NCBI GenBank assembly: GCA_934162195.1
Contig: CAKPHO010000004.1
Coordinates: forward strand, 7,031-71,030
Source of the DNA: an uncultured Bacilli bacterium
Lineage (GTDB): Bacteria > Bacillota_I > Bacilli_A > RF39 > UBA660
Direction: 5' to 3'
DNA length: 64,000 bases
Shown here: piece by piece, positions 9,007 to 17,926 of the stretch
Position numbering within the stretch: the stretch's first letter is position 1
How the letters are laid out: each line of letters begins with the position of its first letter
Notes under the pieces: generated by a model
What the model saw: only the letters and a program-made list of their open reading frames with translations
The model's database searches: none
Told to the model about the DNA's origin: nothing
Made by a program: the position numbers and the translations under genes

Positions 9007-10125
9007 CTATCCTAATAGTGATTTTGAAATTGTTATTACTGGACGAACTCCATAATAAGTAGTAGAAGTTATATCATTTTCAATTAAATTTCCCTCTATA
9101 TCATAATTATCGTGATCAAGACCACCGGCATATATTACATGCCAAGCATCATAAGAATTCTTTTGACTAGGTGTTGATGTCCAATAACCTTGCGCAACAG
9201 GAAGTTCTGTATAACTATATAACCACGTTTCCAACCCAACAATAAGACTGTCCCCAAGGTTTTCATCTAAAGTTTTTGCTATTTGCTCTGCCGTTGGTAA
9301 TGTGATTTGTGATCGATTTATTTTTGTCCAAGCTGATGTTCTTTCTTTTAATGCATCATTTGCCGTAAGTGGACCTTTAGTATTATTCAATATAATATCT
9401 TCTTTACACTGTGCTTCATTCCCACACCAAGCAACCGTATTACCTAAATTAAATCCAGCTATTAGAGATACATTATCTCCATTTGTTTCCAAAATATAAA
9501 ATATACTCTCTTTACCATCCCCTAGTTCACAAGTGTATGTTACCCCTGTATCATATTCATGCCCAGCACTTACTAACAATCCTACTTCTTCTTTTGAATA
9601 TGATGATTCTTGAGATGGATCAGCACCTCCTGACCATACTAATGCACTAGCCTTGGTAGTATTAGCTTTACATAGTACTTCTAATACTGGTGTATCTGGA
9701 GTTGTATTTCCTTTTTCTGTTGCTTCATATTTCTTTGTTGTTGGGTTGTATGATACTTCATAAGAACCTACCGTTATCTTAGAATCTGTTGTCACTTGGC
9801 CATTGCTTATTGTTACAGTCCCTGAAGTTGGTTTTTTACCATTCATTTCTATTTTTAATTTTCCATCTGGTAATCCTGTTCCTATTAGATTTCCTTGTCC
9901 ATCTATTTGATATGTTCCATCTGGTACTGTTTTATTATCTAACCTTGCTTCTGCTACTGTTGTTTCTACTTGTTTTATGTAGCTATCGGCACTTCTCTCA
10001 GCTGCCCCTTTCTTCGCATTCTTAATTGTATTCATTACTATTGGTGTTGCTATTAATGCTATTATTGCTAATACTACTATTACTGCTAGTAATTCGATTA
10101 AAGTGAAAGCATTTTTTCTTTTCAT
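9007..10125 (-). CDS. prepilin-type N-terminal domain protein with C-terminal lectin-like module (paralog B)
   Basis: MKRKNAFTLIELLAVIVVLAIIALIATPIV class III signal. Has the conserved pilin module (GKKPTSGTVTISNGQVTTDSKITVGSYEVSYNPTTKKYEATEK). C-terminus reads QGYWTSTP...DAWHVIYAGG...YYGVRPVITISKSLL. Confidence 0.85.
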   Translation of the reverse strand: MKRKNAFTLIELLAVIVVLAIIALIATPIVMNTIKNAKKGAAERSADSYIKQVETTVAEARLDNKTVPDGTYQIDGQGNLIGTGLPDGKLKIEMNGKKPTSGTVTISNGQVTTDSKITVGSYEVSYNPTTKKYEATEKGNTTPDTPVLEVLCKANTTKASALVWSGGADPSQESSYSKEEVGLLVSAGHEYDTGVTYTCELGDGKESIFYILETNGDNVSLIAGFNLGNTVAWCGNEAQCKEDIILNNTKGPLTANDALKERTSAWTKINRSQITLPTAEQIAKTLDENLGDSLIVGLETWLYSYTELPVAQGYWTSTPSQKNSYDAWHVIYAGGLDHDNYDIEGNLIENDITSTTYYGVRPVITISKSLLG

Positions 10126-10156
10126 TTTAACTCCTCCTAATCTTACTTTCTATTTA

Positions 10157-10185
10157 AGAATACCTCTATAAGGAGGAATTGTCAA
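10157..10185 (-). promoter_or_regulatory. possible promoter of pilin-like gene B
   Basis: Minus-strand TTGACA (10180-10185), 17-nt spacer, TATTCT (10157-10162). Overlaps the 3' flank of the small SOS ORF. Confidence 0.4.
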
Positions 10186-10190
10186 TTATT

Positions 10191-10337
10191 TTATTTTAAA
10201 TCAGCCATTACTATTTCATTATTTTTAATATTTTCTTTCCTATCTAATCTAACCGTAATAGAAGAATCAACAAATACAATCCCTAACATTAATACTACAA
10301 ACCCTATAACAATTTTACTTTTTAACATTTCTTTCAT
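10191..10337 (-). CDS. 48-aa membrane peptide, candidate SOS-induced protein
   Basis: Below the track's size cut-off. GGGAGG RBS then ATG 10337. Sequence MKEMLKSKIVIGFVVLMLGIVFVDSSITVRLDRKENIKNNEIVMADLK has one TM helix. It is divergent from lexA, and its promoter spacer contains a perfect LexA box. Confidence 0.55.
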   Translation of the reverse strand: MKEMLKSKIVIGFVVLMLGIVFVDSSITVRLDRKENIKNNEIVMADLK

Positions 10338-10362
10338 CTTAATTCCTCCCTCATCTGTTTAT

Positions 10363-10391
10363 ATATTATCACGAACATTGGTTCGTGTCAA
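10363..10391 (-). promoter_or_regulatory. sigma-A type promoter of the small ORF, with embedded LexA operator
   Basis: Minus-strand TTGACA (10386-10391), 17-nt spacer, TAATAT (10363-10368). The spacer is CGAACCAATGTTCGTGA, i.e. it contains the SOS box. Confidence 0.6.
10372..10385. promoter_or_regulatory. LexA operator (Cheo box, CGAAC-N4-GTTCG)
   Basis: Perfect palindrome CGAACATTGGTTCG in the lexA-divergent intergenic region. Confidence 0.85.
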
Positions 10392-10400
10392 TATCTTTTA

Positions 10401-10414
10401 CAAACAAATGTTTG
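10401..10414. promoter_or_regulatory. second, degenerate LexA-box-like palindrome overlapping the lexA -35
   Basis: CAAACAAATGTTTG (AAAC/GTTT half sites instead of GAAC/GTTC). Overlaps TTGACT of the lexA promoter. Confidence 0.5.
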
Positions 10415-10440
10415 ACTTTTTTAAAAAGGTTTGTTATAAT
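10412..10440 (+). promoter_or_regulatory. lexA promoter
   Basis: TTGACT (10412-10417), 17-nt spacer, TATAAT (10435-10440). About 25 nt further on is AAGGAGG and the ATG at 10468. Confidence 0.7.
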
Positions 10441-10467
10441 GTAAACGGAAAGTAAAAAGGAGGAAAA

Positions 10468-11085
10468 ATGGAAGAATTAACTAAAAGACAAAATGAAATC
10501 TTAACTTATATAAAAAAATTTATTGTTTCTAATGGTTATCCACCTACGGTAAGAGAAATTGGTGAAGCCTTAGATGTATCTAGCCCTGCTACTATACATG
10601 CCCACTTACAAAATTTGGAAGAAAAAGGTTGGATAAAAAAACAAGGTAGTAAAAACAGAGCTATCGAACTACTTGTAGAAAATGAGTTTGAACCAAAAAA
10701 TGAAAATGTTGTAGAAGTTCCTTTGCTCGGAAAAATAACAGCTGGTAGCCCAATTGAAGCAATTGAACAACCTGATGAATACTTCTCATTACCTACATAT
10801 CTATTACCTAATGACAAAGATGTCTTTACATTAAAAGTTAGTGGTAATAGTATGATTAATGCAGGAATATTTGATGGTGATATTGTTATTGTAGAAAAAA
10901 AGAATACAGCTCGTAATGGAGAAATAGTTGTAGCTATGACAGATGAAAATGAAGTAACATTAAAAACTTTTTATAAGGAATCTAATTATTTTAGATTACA
11001 ACCGGAAAATGATACCATGGATCCTATTATTTTAAATAATGTTACTATTTTAGGAAAAGCTATTGGATTATATCGTAAATTTTAA
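10468..11085 (+). CDS. lexA: LexA repressor (S24 self-cleaving)
   Basis: N-terminal winged HTH (PTVREIGEALDVSSPATIHAHLQNLEEKGWI), cleavage region, and S24 catalytic VSGNSMINAGI...K. Confidence 0.95.
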   Translation: MEELTKRQNEILTYIKKFIVSNGYPPTVREIGEALDVSSPATIHAHLQNLEEKGWIKKQGSKNRAIELLVENEFEPKNENVVEVPLLGKITAGSPIEAIEQPDEYFSLPTYLLPNDKDVFTLKVSGNSMINAGIFDGDIVIVEKKNTARNGEIVVAMTDENEVTLKTFYKESNYFRLQPENDTMDPIILNNVTILGKAIGLYRKF

Positions 11086-11119
11086 AAAAAAATATTTGCA
11101 ATTAAGCAAATATTTTTTT
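11086..11119. terminator. bidirectional intrinsic terminator (lexA / pilin-like gene C)
   Basis: AATATTTGC-loop-GCAAATATT hairpin flanked by an A-run and a T-run. Confidence 0.75.
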
Positions 11120-11723
11120 ATGCTACTTTAACAGTCTTTACTGTTATTCCGAGCTTTCCATTTCCTAGTTTACTATAATATACTTCATATACTCCCTTAA
11201 CTGAAGTATCAATTGAACTTACCTCTTTACCATTGGTTATTATTTGTCTTGAAACACCATCTTTTGACTCTAATTCATAAATACTACCAACAGAAATAGT
11301 TTCATTTGAACTACCTGCTAATGTTATTATTGGTGCACCACTTACAACTTCTGACACATCAGTTAAATCATAAATTGTTGTTTCATAACGATAATTGTTT
11401 TTATCTTTTGTAACAGTTACATAACTCTCATTAGAAATCAAATTATTAGTTTTAGGGTTTTTAACATTTATCTGCATTATTCCAGCCGCTTTAATATCAC
11501 CAAATTTTATTTGTATAGAATTTCCCTCTTCTGCTGGTAATTTATCTGTATTCATTTCCAAATAATCTTTGGCATGTCCTTCTATCTGTTTTACCAAGAC
11601 ATTATAAACTTTATCTTCATTTTCAGCTAAAGTATTTTGAATTACGGGTGTAACAATAGTTGCTATAATACCTAGTACAACAATTATTCCTAATAATTCA
11701 ATTAAAGTAAAACCCTTTTTCAT
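11118..11723 (-). CDS. prepilin-type N-terminal domain protein with Ig-like C-terminal region (minor-pilin-like, C)
   Basis: Start at ATG 11723. MKKGFTLIELLGIIVVLGIIATIVTPVI is a class III signal with E+5. The rest of the sequence is unrelated to the A/B/E/F/G family. Confidence 0.75.
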   Translation of the reverse strand: MKKGFTLIELLGIIVVLGIIATIVTPVIQNTLAENEDKVYNVLVKQIEGHAKDYLEMNTDKLPAEEGNSIQIKFGDIKAAGIMQINVKNPKTNNLISNESYVTVTKDKNNYRYETTIYDLTDVSEVVSGAPIITLAGSSNETISVGSIYELESKDGVSRQIITNGKEVSSIDTSVKGVYEVYYSKLGNGKLGITVKTVKVA

Positions 11724-11773
11724 ATCATCACCATCTATATTATAGCAAAAAAAGTTCACAATAGTAAACTTTT

Positions 11774-12073
11774 TTATTTATTTTCTAAAATCCATTCTTC
11801 CAAAACTTCTTTTGGCATAAATCCACTCTGTTTATTTTTTAGATCTCCATTACTAAATATCATTAGTGTAGGAACACTCATTATAGCATATTTACGTGCT
11901 AAATCTGGACACTCGTCTACATCTATTTTCACTACATCAATGTTTTCCAAACTCTCTAAGACTGGACCTAACATTTTACATGGGCCACACCAAGTAGCAA
12001 AAAAATCAACCAAAACTAAATCTTTATTAATTAAACTTTCAAAATTTTTTTCATTGCCATGAATAACGCTCAT
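11774..12073 (-). CDS. trxA: thioredoxin
   Basis: 99 aa with the WCGPC active site. Confidence 0.9.
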   Translation of the reverse strand: MSVIHGNEKNFESLINKDLVLVDFFATWCGPCKMLGPVLESLENIDVVKIDVDECPDLARKYAIMSVPTLMIFSNGDLKNKQSGFMPKEVLEEWILENK

Positions 12074-12074
12074 A

Positions 12075-12794
12075 CTAATCCTCCCTATATTTCATAAGTA
12101 TTTCTTCGACATTATTTATTTGTAGTTTACCTTTTTCAACCAATTTATCTATTGAAGAAACTTTTACTACATCATATTTTAAGAACAAATCTAACACTTC
12201 TTTATTAAATTCTTCAGCATTTTTATTATTATCTTCATACTTTTCTTTTATACCTGCAAACTCATTTACTACTCCCATTGTTTTTTTAGAAAAAGCAGAT
12301 AATACTGGGGTATTATTTAATATTTGATTTTTCCATTTTGAATTTTCAACAAAAGAAATATTAAATATCGGTAAAGAAATAACATATAGTACAATAAATA
12401 CAATGACAAATGCCTCTACAGCCCCTACTACTGCACCCATTATCTTTGATGGTATTCCTAAAATAATAGTCATCTTTAAAAGCTTTTCAAATACAGAAGT
12501 TGCAACCATCAAGATTTTTAACGCTATTCCCAAAATGGCTAAAACAATAACAAAGGCTAAAAGTTCATATAATGCAATATTTAAAACAGTAACACCTTTT
12601 AGTATTCCCCCAAATTTAAAGAATGGTAAATTTTCATATAAAAGAACTGATAAAGGATTTTTTAAGAAAAATGCTAAAATAGCAATTATAATAAATCCTA
12701 AAGCAGAAACTAAAGATCTTGTGAATCCTCTTTTAAATCCAATAACTGCACCAAATAAAATAATAATTAAAATAATTATATCAACAATTTCCAT
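12075..12794 (-). CDS. CvpA family membrane protein
   Basis: MEIVDIIILIIILFGAVIGFKRGF N-terminus and multiple TM helices typical of the CvpA/colicin V production family. Has a C-terminal soluble extension. Confidence 0.7.
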   Translation of the reverse strand: MEIVDIIILIIILFGAVIGFKRGFTRSLVSALGFIIIAILAFFLKNPLSVLLYENLPFFKFGGILKGVTVLNIALYELLAFVIVLAILGIALKILMVATSVFEKLLKMTIILGIPSKIMGAVVGAVEAFVIVFIVLYVISLPIFNISFVENSKWKNQILNNTPVLSAFSKKTMGVVNEFAGIKEKYEDNNKNAEEFNKEVLDLFLKYDVVKVSSIDKLVEKGKLQINNVEEILMKYRED

Positions 12795-12894
12795 AATATT
12801 ACTCTCCTAATAGAATTATATTATAAATTATTTAAAAAATAAAGTAATTTTATTTTTTTTATGATAAAATAAGACTAGTGATGGAGGTTTATCT

Positions 12895-13854
12895 ATGGAA
12901 AAGAATAAAGTTGGAGTTATAACTTTTAAAGTATGTGATAAAACACAAGAAATGATGAGTGAAGAATTAGATTGGTGCAAAAGACCAACCACTCCTCCTT
13001 ACGCTAAGTGGCAAGCTAAAGATGGAGATACGGTTATAACTTTATATGAATCAGGTAAGGTTGTTTTTCAGGGAAAAGATGCAGATTTAGCTAGTGATTT
13101 TTGGATTACAACTGAAAAAATTAATAGTGGTAAAGTAGATGTTAAAAACAGTGCTAATAAAGAAAAAAAAGAAAAATTAGAATATATTGATCCTAAAATA
13201 TATCATGCTAATACAATTGGTTCAGACGAAGTCGGTACTGGAGATTACTTTGGTCCTATCGTTGTAACAGCAACATATGTAGCAAAAGAAAATATCCCTT
13301 TTTTAGAGGATCTTGGTGTCAAAGATTCTAAAAAAATGACAGACGAAAAAATATTAGAAGTAGTTCCTAAAGTAATTAAAGTTATCCCCTATGAAAGTAT
13401 TATTTTATCTAATAAAGAATATAATGAAAAATATGATGAAAACACTAACATGAATAAAATTAAAGCTATTATGCATAATAAAGTCTTATTCTCTATGAGA
13501 GAAAAACAGCCAGATTATAATTATATAGTTGTGGATCAATTTGCTATGCCATATGTTTATTTTAATTATTTAAAAAGCAGTTCAAATGTTGTTAAAAATA
13601 TTACATTCATGACAAAAGCTGAAGATAAGTGTTTAAGCGTTGCATGTGCTTCTATTATAAGCAGATATATCTTCTTAAAAGAATTTGATAAATTAGGTAA
13701 TAATCTTAATTTAAGTTTATTAAAAGGTGCTAGTGATAAGGTTGATGAACAAGGTGTTTTAATAGCAAAACAATATGGAATAGATAAACTAAGCGATATT
13801 GCTAAACTTAATTTTAAAAATACAGGGAAAATAAAAGCAAAACTTGAAAACTAG
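12895..13854 (+). CDS. rnhC: ribonuclease HIII
   Basis: N-terminal substrate-binding domain followed by an RNase H type 2 core with GSDEVGTGDYFGPIVV. Length of about 319 aa is typical of RNase HIII. Confidence 0.88.
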   Translation: MEKNKVGVITFKVCDKTQEMMSEELDWCKRPTTPPYAKWQAKDGDTVITLYESGKVVFQGKDADLASDFWITTEKINSGKVDVKNSANKEKKEKLEYIDPKIYHANTIGSDEVGTGDYFGPIVVTATYVAKENIPFLEDLGVKDSKKMTDEKILEVVPKVIKVIPYESIILSNKEYNEKYDENTNMNKIKAIMHNKVLFSMREKQPDYNYIVVDQFAMPYVYFNYLKSSSNVVKNITFMTKAEDKCLSVACASIISRYIFLKEFDKLGNNLNLSLLKGASDKVDEQGVLIAKQYGIDKLSDIAKLNFKNTGKIKAKLEN

Positions 13855-13868
13855 TTTTGCTTTTTTTG
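13834..13868 (+). terminator. intrinsic terminator of rnhC
   Basis: AAGCAAAACT-loop-AGTTTTGCTT hairpin overlapping the stop codon, followed by T7. Confidence 0.7.
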
Positions 13869-13871
13869 ATA

Positions 13872-14690
13872 CTATTTTTGACAAGTAGGACAATAATATG
13901 TTCCCCTACCATTAACTGTTATTTTGATAATAGTTTCACCACAATTTGGACATTTATCACCTTCATGATTGTGAACTAATAAATTATTTTGAAATCTTCC
14001 ATGTACACCCTCTGCAGATTCATAACTTCTAATTGTTGTTCCTCCTTGCTTTATAGCTTCTTCTAATATTTTTCTTGTATATTTTATGATATCATTTAAA
14101 TTACTTTTTGTTAAATTAGAAGCTTGAGTTAAAGGATTTATATGACTCAAAAATAATATTTCATCAGCGTATATATTACCTATTCCTGTTATAATCGACT
14201 GATCTAATAACAACGTTTTTATTGGTAATCTTTTACTCTTGTATTTAGATTTTAAATATTCAGAATTCAAATTATCATCCCAAGGTTCTAAACCTAAATC
14301 TCTTAGTGGGGCAACATCATAAACATTTTCTTTTTTTACCAAGTACATTCTTCCAAATTTTCTTGTATCTTGATATCTTAATTCATTATCATCAAACTCA
14401 AAAATAACATGTTCATGTTTATTAATTTCATCCTTTTTATCTTTTATGAAGTATTTACCCTCCATTCTTAAATGGCTAACTAAATAATAATTATCAAGTT
14501 CAAACATTAGCCACTTACCTCTTCTTTTTATATCTTTTATACTTTGATTTATTATTTCCTTTTTAAATTCTGAAACACTAGGATAAGCAATAATGTTATC
14601 ATATCTTACTGTAACATTAATTATCTTTTTATTTAATACCAATCTTTTTAAGGTATTTTTTACTGTTTCTACCTCTGGTAATTCTGGCAT
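13872..14690 (-). CDS. mutM: formamidopyrimidine-DNA glycosylase
   Basis: MPELPEVETV N-terminus, H2TH region, and a C-terminal zinc finger CPNCG...YYCPTCQ. Confidence 0.93.
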   Translation of the reverse strand: MPELPEVETVKNTLKRLVLNKKIINVTVRYDNIIAYPSVSEFKKEIINQSIKDIKRRGKWLMFELDNYYLVSHLRMEGKYFIKDKKDEINKHEHVIFEFDDNELRYQDTRKFGRMYLVKKENVYDVAPLRDLGLEPWDDNLNSEYLKSKYKSKRLPIKTLLLDQSIITGIGNIYADEILFLSHINPLTQASNLTKSNLNDIIKYTRKILEEAIKQGGTTIRSYESAEGVHGRFQNNLLVHNHEGDKCPNCGETIIKITVNGRGTYYCPTCQK

Positions 14691-14701
14691 ATTATCACTT
14701 C

Positions 14702-15436
14702 CTATAAATCTAACTTCTTAATACTTATCTTTTGATTTAATATCTCACTTACTTTATCTTCTAATTCTTTATTATAATTAGTAAAATATATATCTAAGGA
14801 TTTATTTCCACTTTTTAAATAAACAGAATTAGCAAGAATAACTCCCATGTCGTAACAATTAACATCCCCTAAATAGTTTTTTATGTTTTCTGCAAGCAAA
14901 GGATAATGAGTACATCCTAAAATAATATTTTTAATTCTTTCTTTTTTTATCTCTTTTAAATATTGTTCAATATATAAATTTTTAAATTTCGAATCTAAAT
15001 CTCCTTCAATTAAAGGCACAAATTTATCACAACTAATTTCTAATACTTTTTTACAGTTTAAATTATTTTTAAATATGTGGGAATTAATTGTGTTTGGGGT
15101 TGCTAAAACAGCAATTTCATCTAAATTTAAACTATTTATTTTAGTAACTGTTGTATTAACAATACTTACGATAGGAACTCGATATTTTTCTTTTAGTTCC
15201 TCATATATCGTTGAACTTACTGTCCCACACGCTATAAAAATAATATTAACTCCTTCTTTTATTAGATAATCTATCATATTACTTGCGAGTAATAAAAGTT
15301 GCTCTTTTGTTTTAGTTCCATAAGGTAAGTTTTTATTATCACCTATATAAATATATTCTTCATTTGGATACATTTTTAATAACTCTTTTAAAACATTTAT
15401 TCCTCCAAGTCCCGAATCAAAAACACCAATTTTCAT
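14702..15436 (-). CDS. murI: glutamate racemase
   Basis: IGVFDSGLGG, the ACGTVS and GCTHYPLL catalytic Cys motifs. Confidence 0.92.
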   Translation of the reverse strand: MKIGVFDSGLGGINVLKELLKMYPNEEYIYIGDNKNLPYGTKTKEQLLLLASNMIDYLIKEGVNIIFIACGTVSSTIYEELKEKYRVPIVSIVNTTVTKINSLNLDEIAVLATPNTINSHIFKNNLNCKKVLEISCDKFVPLIEGDLDSKFKNLYIEQYLKEIKKERIKNIILGCTHYPLLAENIKNYLGDVNCYDMGVILANSVYLKSGNKSLDIYFTNYNKELEDKVSEILNQKISIKKLDL

Positions 15437-15471
15437 ATTATGCCTCCCATATGTATTATATCATAACATAC

Positions 15472-15494
15472 CAAAAAAGCGATTAAAATCGCTT
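15472..15494 (-). terminator. intrinsic terminator of serS
   Basis: Minus-strand AGCGAT-tttA-ATCGCT hairpin followed by T6, overlapping the serS stop. Confidence 0.65.
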
Positions 15495-16783
15495 TATTTG
15501 ATTGGAATAAGTTTTTCTTTACCACCCATGTATGGTCTTAAACTTTCAGGAACATTAACACTTCCATCTTTATTTAAATTATTTTCTAAGAAGGCAATTA
15601 ACATTCTAGGTGGTGCGATTACTGTATTATTTAAAGTATGAGCAAAAGCTTTATCTCCATTTTCTTTTTTATAACGAATTCCAAGTCTTCTAGCTTGTGC
15701 ATCTGTTAAATTTGAGCAGGAACAAACCTCAAAATATTTTTGTTGACGAGGTGACCACGCTTCTATATCACAAGAACGATATTTTAAATCTGCTAAATCT
15801 CCGCTACAGCAAACCAATTTACGAACTGGAATATCTAAACTTCTAAATAGTTCAACTGAGTAGTTCCACATTTTGTTATACCAAGTTTCACTGTCTTCTG
15901 GTTTACATACAACAACCATTTCTTGTTTTTCAAATTGATGAATACGATATACTCCTCTTTCTTCAATTCCATGTGCTCCTACTTCTTTTCTAAAGCAAGG
16001 TGAATAAGATGTCATTGTTATAGGTAAATCACTTTCTTTTAATATTTGATCTTTAAACTTAGCTATCATAGAATGTTCAGAAGTTCCTATTAAATATAAG
16101 TCCTCACCTTCTATTTTATACATCATATTTTCTTTTTCCTCAAATGACATTACACCATTTACCGCATCTCCATGGATCATATATGGAGGAATACAATAAG
16201 TAAATCCTTTATCAATCATAAAATCACGAGCATAAGCAAGCACTGCAGAATGAAGACGAGCTATATCTCCCATTAGATAATAAAAACCATTACCACTTAC
16301 TCTTCCAGCCGCTTCTTTATCTAAACCATTAAATCTAGCCATAATATCTGAATGATATGGAATTTCAAAATCTGGAACAATTGGTTCTCCAAAACGAGCC
16401 TCTTCAACATTTTTACTGTCATCTTCACCAATTGGAACATCATCAGCAATAATGTTTGGAATCATCATCATTTTTTCTTTAATTAAAGAACTTATTCTTT
16501 CCTCTTCTGCTTCTAATGATTTTATTTCTTCTCCATAGTTAGCAATTTCTGCCTTTAATTTTTCTGCTTCTTCTTTTTTACCTTCACGCATAAGTGATCC
16601 AATTTCTGCACTACGACTATTCTTTAAAGCTCTTAGATTATCTCCTTTTTGTTTAGCATCTCTAAATTTTTTATCTAATTCTTCTACTTCATCGACTAAA
16701 ACTAATTTTTTATCTTGAAATTTTTTTCTAATATTTTCTTTTACTAATTCTTTGTTTTCTCTTATTAAATTAATATCTATCAT
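15494..16783 (-). CDS. serS: serine--tRNA ligase
   Basis: N-terminal coiled-coil arm and class II core motifs (FRKEVGAHG, RIHQFEKQEM, GSGLA-like region). 429 aa. Confidence 0.95.
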   Translation of the reverse strand: MIDINLIRENKELVKENIRKKFQDKKLVLVDEVEELDKKFRDAKQKGDNLRALKNSRSAEIGSLMREGKKEEAEKLKAEIANYGEEIKSLEAEEERISSLIKEKMMMIPNIIADDVPIGEDDSKNVEEARFGEPIVPDFEIPYHSDIMARFNGLDKEAAGRVSGNGFYYLMGDIARLHSAVLAYARDFMIDKGFTYCIPPYMIHGDAVNGVMSFEEKENMMYKIEGEDLYLIGTSEHSMIAKFKDQILKESDLPITMTSYSPCFRKEVGAHGIEERGVYRIHQFEKQEMVVVCKPEDSETWYNKMWNYSVELFRSLDIPVRKLVCCSGDLADLKYRSCDIEAWSPRQQKYFEVCSCSNLTDAQARRLGIRYKKENGDKAFAHTLNNTVIAPPRMLIAFLENNLNKDGSVNVPESLRPYMGGKEKLIPIK

Positions 16784-17718
16784 AATATATCTCCTTCTTT
16801 CTTAGCTTTTTTTAATTTAACTAGTTGTGGCCCATATTTTTTATTAAGCCACTCTTGTTTTTCTTCTGATAATTTTTTTATTCTATCATGATTAAAGTTA
16901 TCTGTCATATCTGCATATTTTAATCTTATCGCGTGAATATTTCCACTATTAATAATTTTATTTATTTCTTTATCATATAATTTTAATTTTTCTTCTTCTG
17001 TTAGTTTTGACTTATCAATTTTTTCTTTTGTCACTAATTTTACGATTTCAATAACTTCTAATGGAAAACCAACATCTAATAAATCTCTATATGTAATATC
17101 TGTATCTTCTACTATATCGTGAAGTAATCCTGCAGTTTCTTCTACCTCACTATATAGTTTTTGTGATACTCTAAATAAATGTTCAAAATATGGTTGTCCG
17201 CTTTTATCTTTTATATTGTGAAATACAACATAACATATTATAAAAGCTTTACTGTACATGTCATATTCTCTTATTTGATTTAATTGATTTTCACTAAAGT
17301 ACTTTAATAAATTATTTTTTTGTTTATCTATATTTAACAAATTACCTTCTATGATTATTGGTTTTAAATCTTTTACTTCATTAAATAATTGACCATAAGG
17401 TATGTTGTTATACAAATATATATCATGTTCCAACTTATGTGAATCATACATTTCTAAAAAAGTTAATCCTGTCACATAATTTTCTAATAATTTTTTATTT
17501 TCATCTCTAATTGGATTAAGGACTAATATAGCATCGCTATTTTCTATATATTTTTTAAACCTGGTACAATAATTATTTGCAAATTTTTCCTGATCCATAA
17601 TTATGAAATGTGAATCTTGTGGTGGTAAAACTTCGTAGCCTAATAATTCTAATGTTTTTTTAGTTTCAAGCTCTAACTCTCGCGAACCATTATTATTAGC
17701 AATAAATATTTTTTTCAT
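16780..17718 (-). CDS. two-domain protein: N-terminal nucleoside 2-deoxyribosyltransferase-like Rossmann part fused to an HD-domain (RelA/SpoT-hydrolase-like) phosphohydrolase
   Basis: Start placed at ATG 17718 (MKKIFIANNNG); the track extension is T-box leader sequence. The C-terminal half has HLFRV...GLLHDIVEDTDITYRDL (HD motif). An ATGA overlap with the serS start implies co-translation in one operon. Confidence 0.6.
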   Translation of the reverse strand: MKKIFIANNNGSRELELETKKTLELLGYEVLPPQDSHFIIMDQEKFANNYCTRFKKYIENSDAILVLNPIRDENKKLLENYVTGLTFLEMYDSHKLEHDIYLYNNIPYGQLFNEVKDLKPIIIEGNLLNIDKQKNNLLKYFSENQLNQIREYDMYSKAFIICYVVFHNIKDKSGQPYFEHLFRVSQKLYSEVEETAGLLHDIVEDTDITYRDLLDVGFPLEVIEIVKLVTKEKIDKSKLTEEEKLKLYDKEINKIINSGNIHAIRLKYADMTDNFNHDRIKKLSEEKQEWLNKKYGPQLVKLKKAKKEGDIL

Positions 17719-17727
17719 AAATCCTCC

Positions 17728-17920
17728 AAAAAAAGGATAGCACCACAAGGAGTGCGAAAAGCACGGTACCATCCTTCTATTCTTAATTTGTATAACGGCA
17801 AGGCCGGAAATGTTTACATTCCTCTCCAGAGTAGATTCGTAAGATACAAGTATTAATTTTCACCAACCATTAACTCTCTTAAAAATAATATCTTATTACT
17901 ATTCTCTTTCTTCAATTTAT
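17728..17920 (-). promoter_or_regulatory. T-box riboswitch leader, Ser specifier (UCU)
   Basis: Minus strand has AGAGAG (GA/K-turn region) and the distal hairpin TTAAT-GGTTGGTGAAA-ATTAA. The specifier loop is GAA-UCU-A (TCT at 17833-17835). The T-box sequence GGATGGTACCGTG (17762-17774) overlaps a terminator helix followed by T7. serS lies downstream. Confidence 0.85.
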
Positions 17921-17926
17921 AGATTT

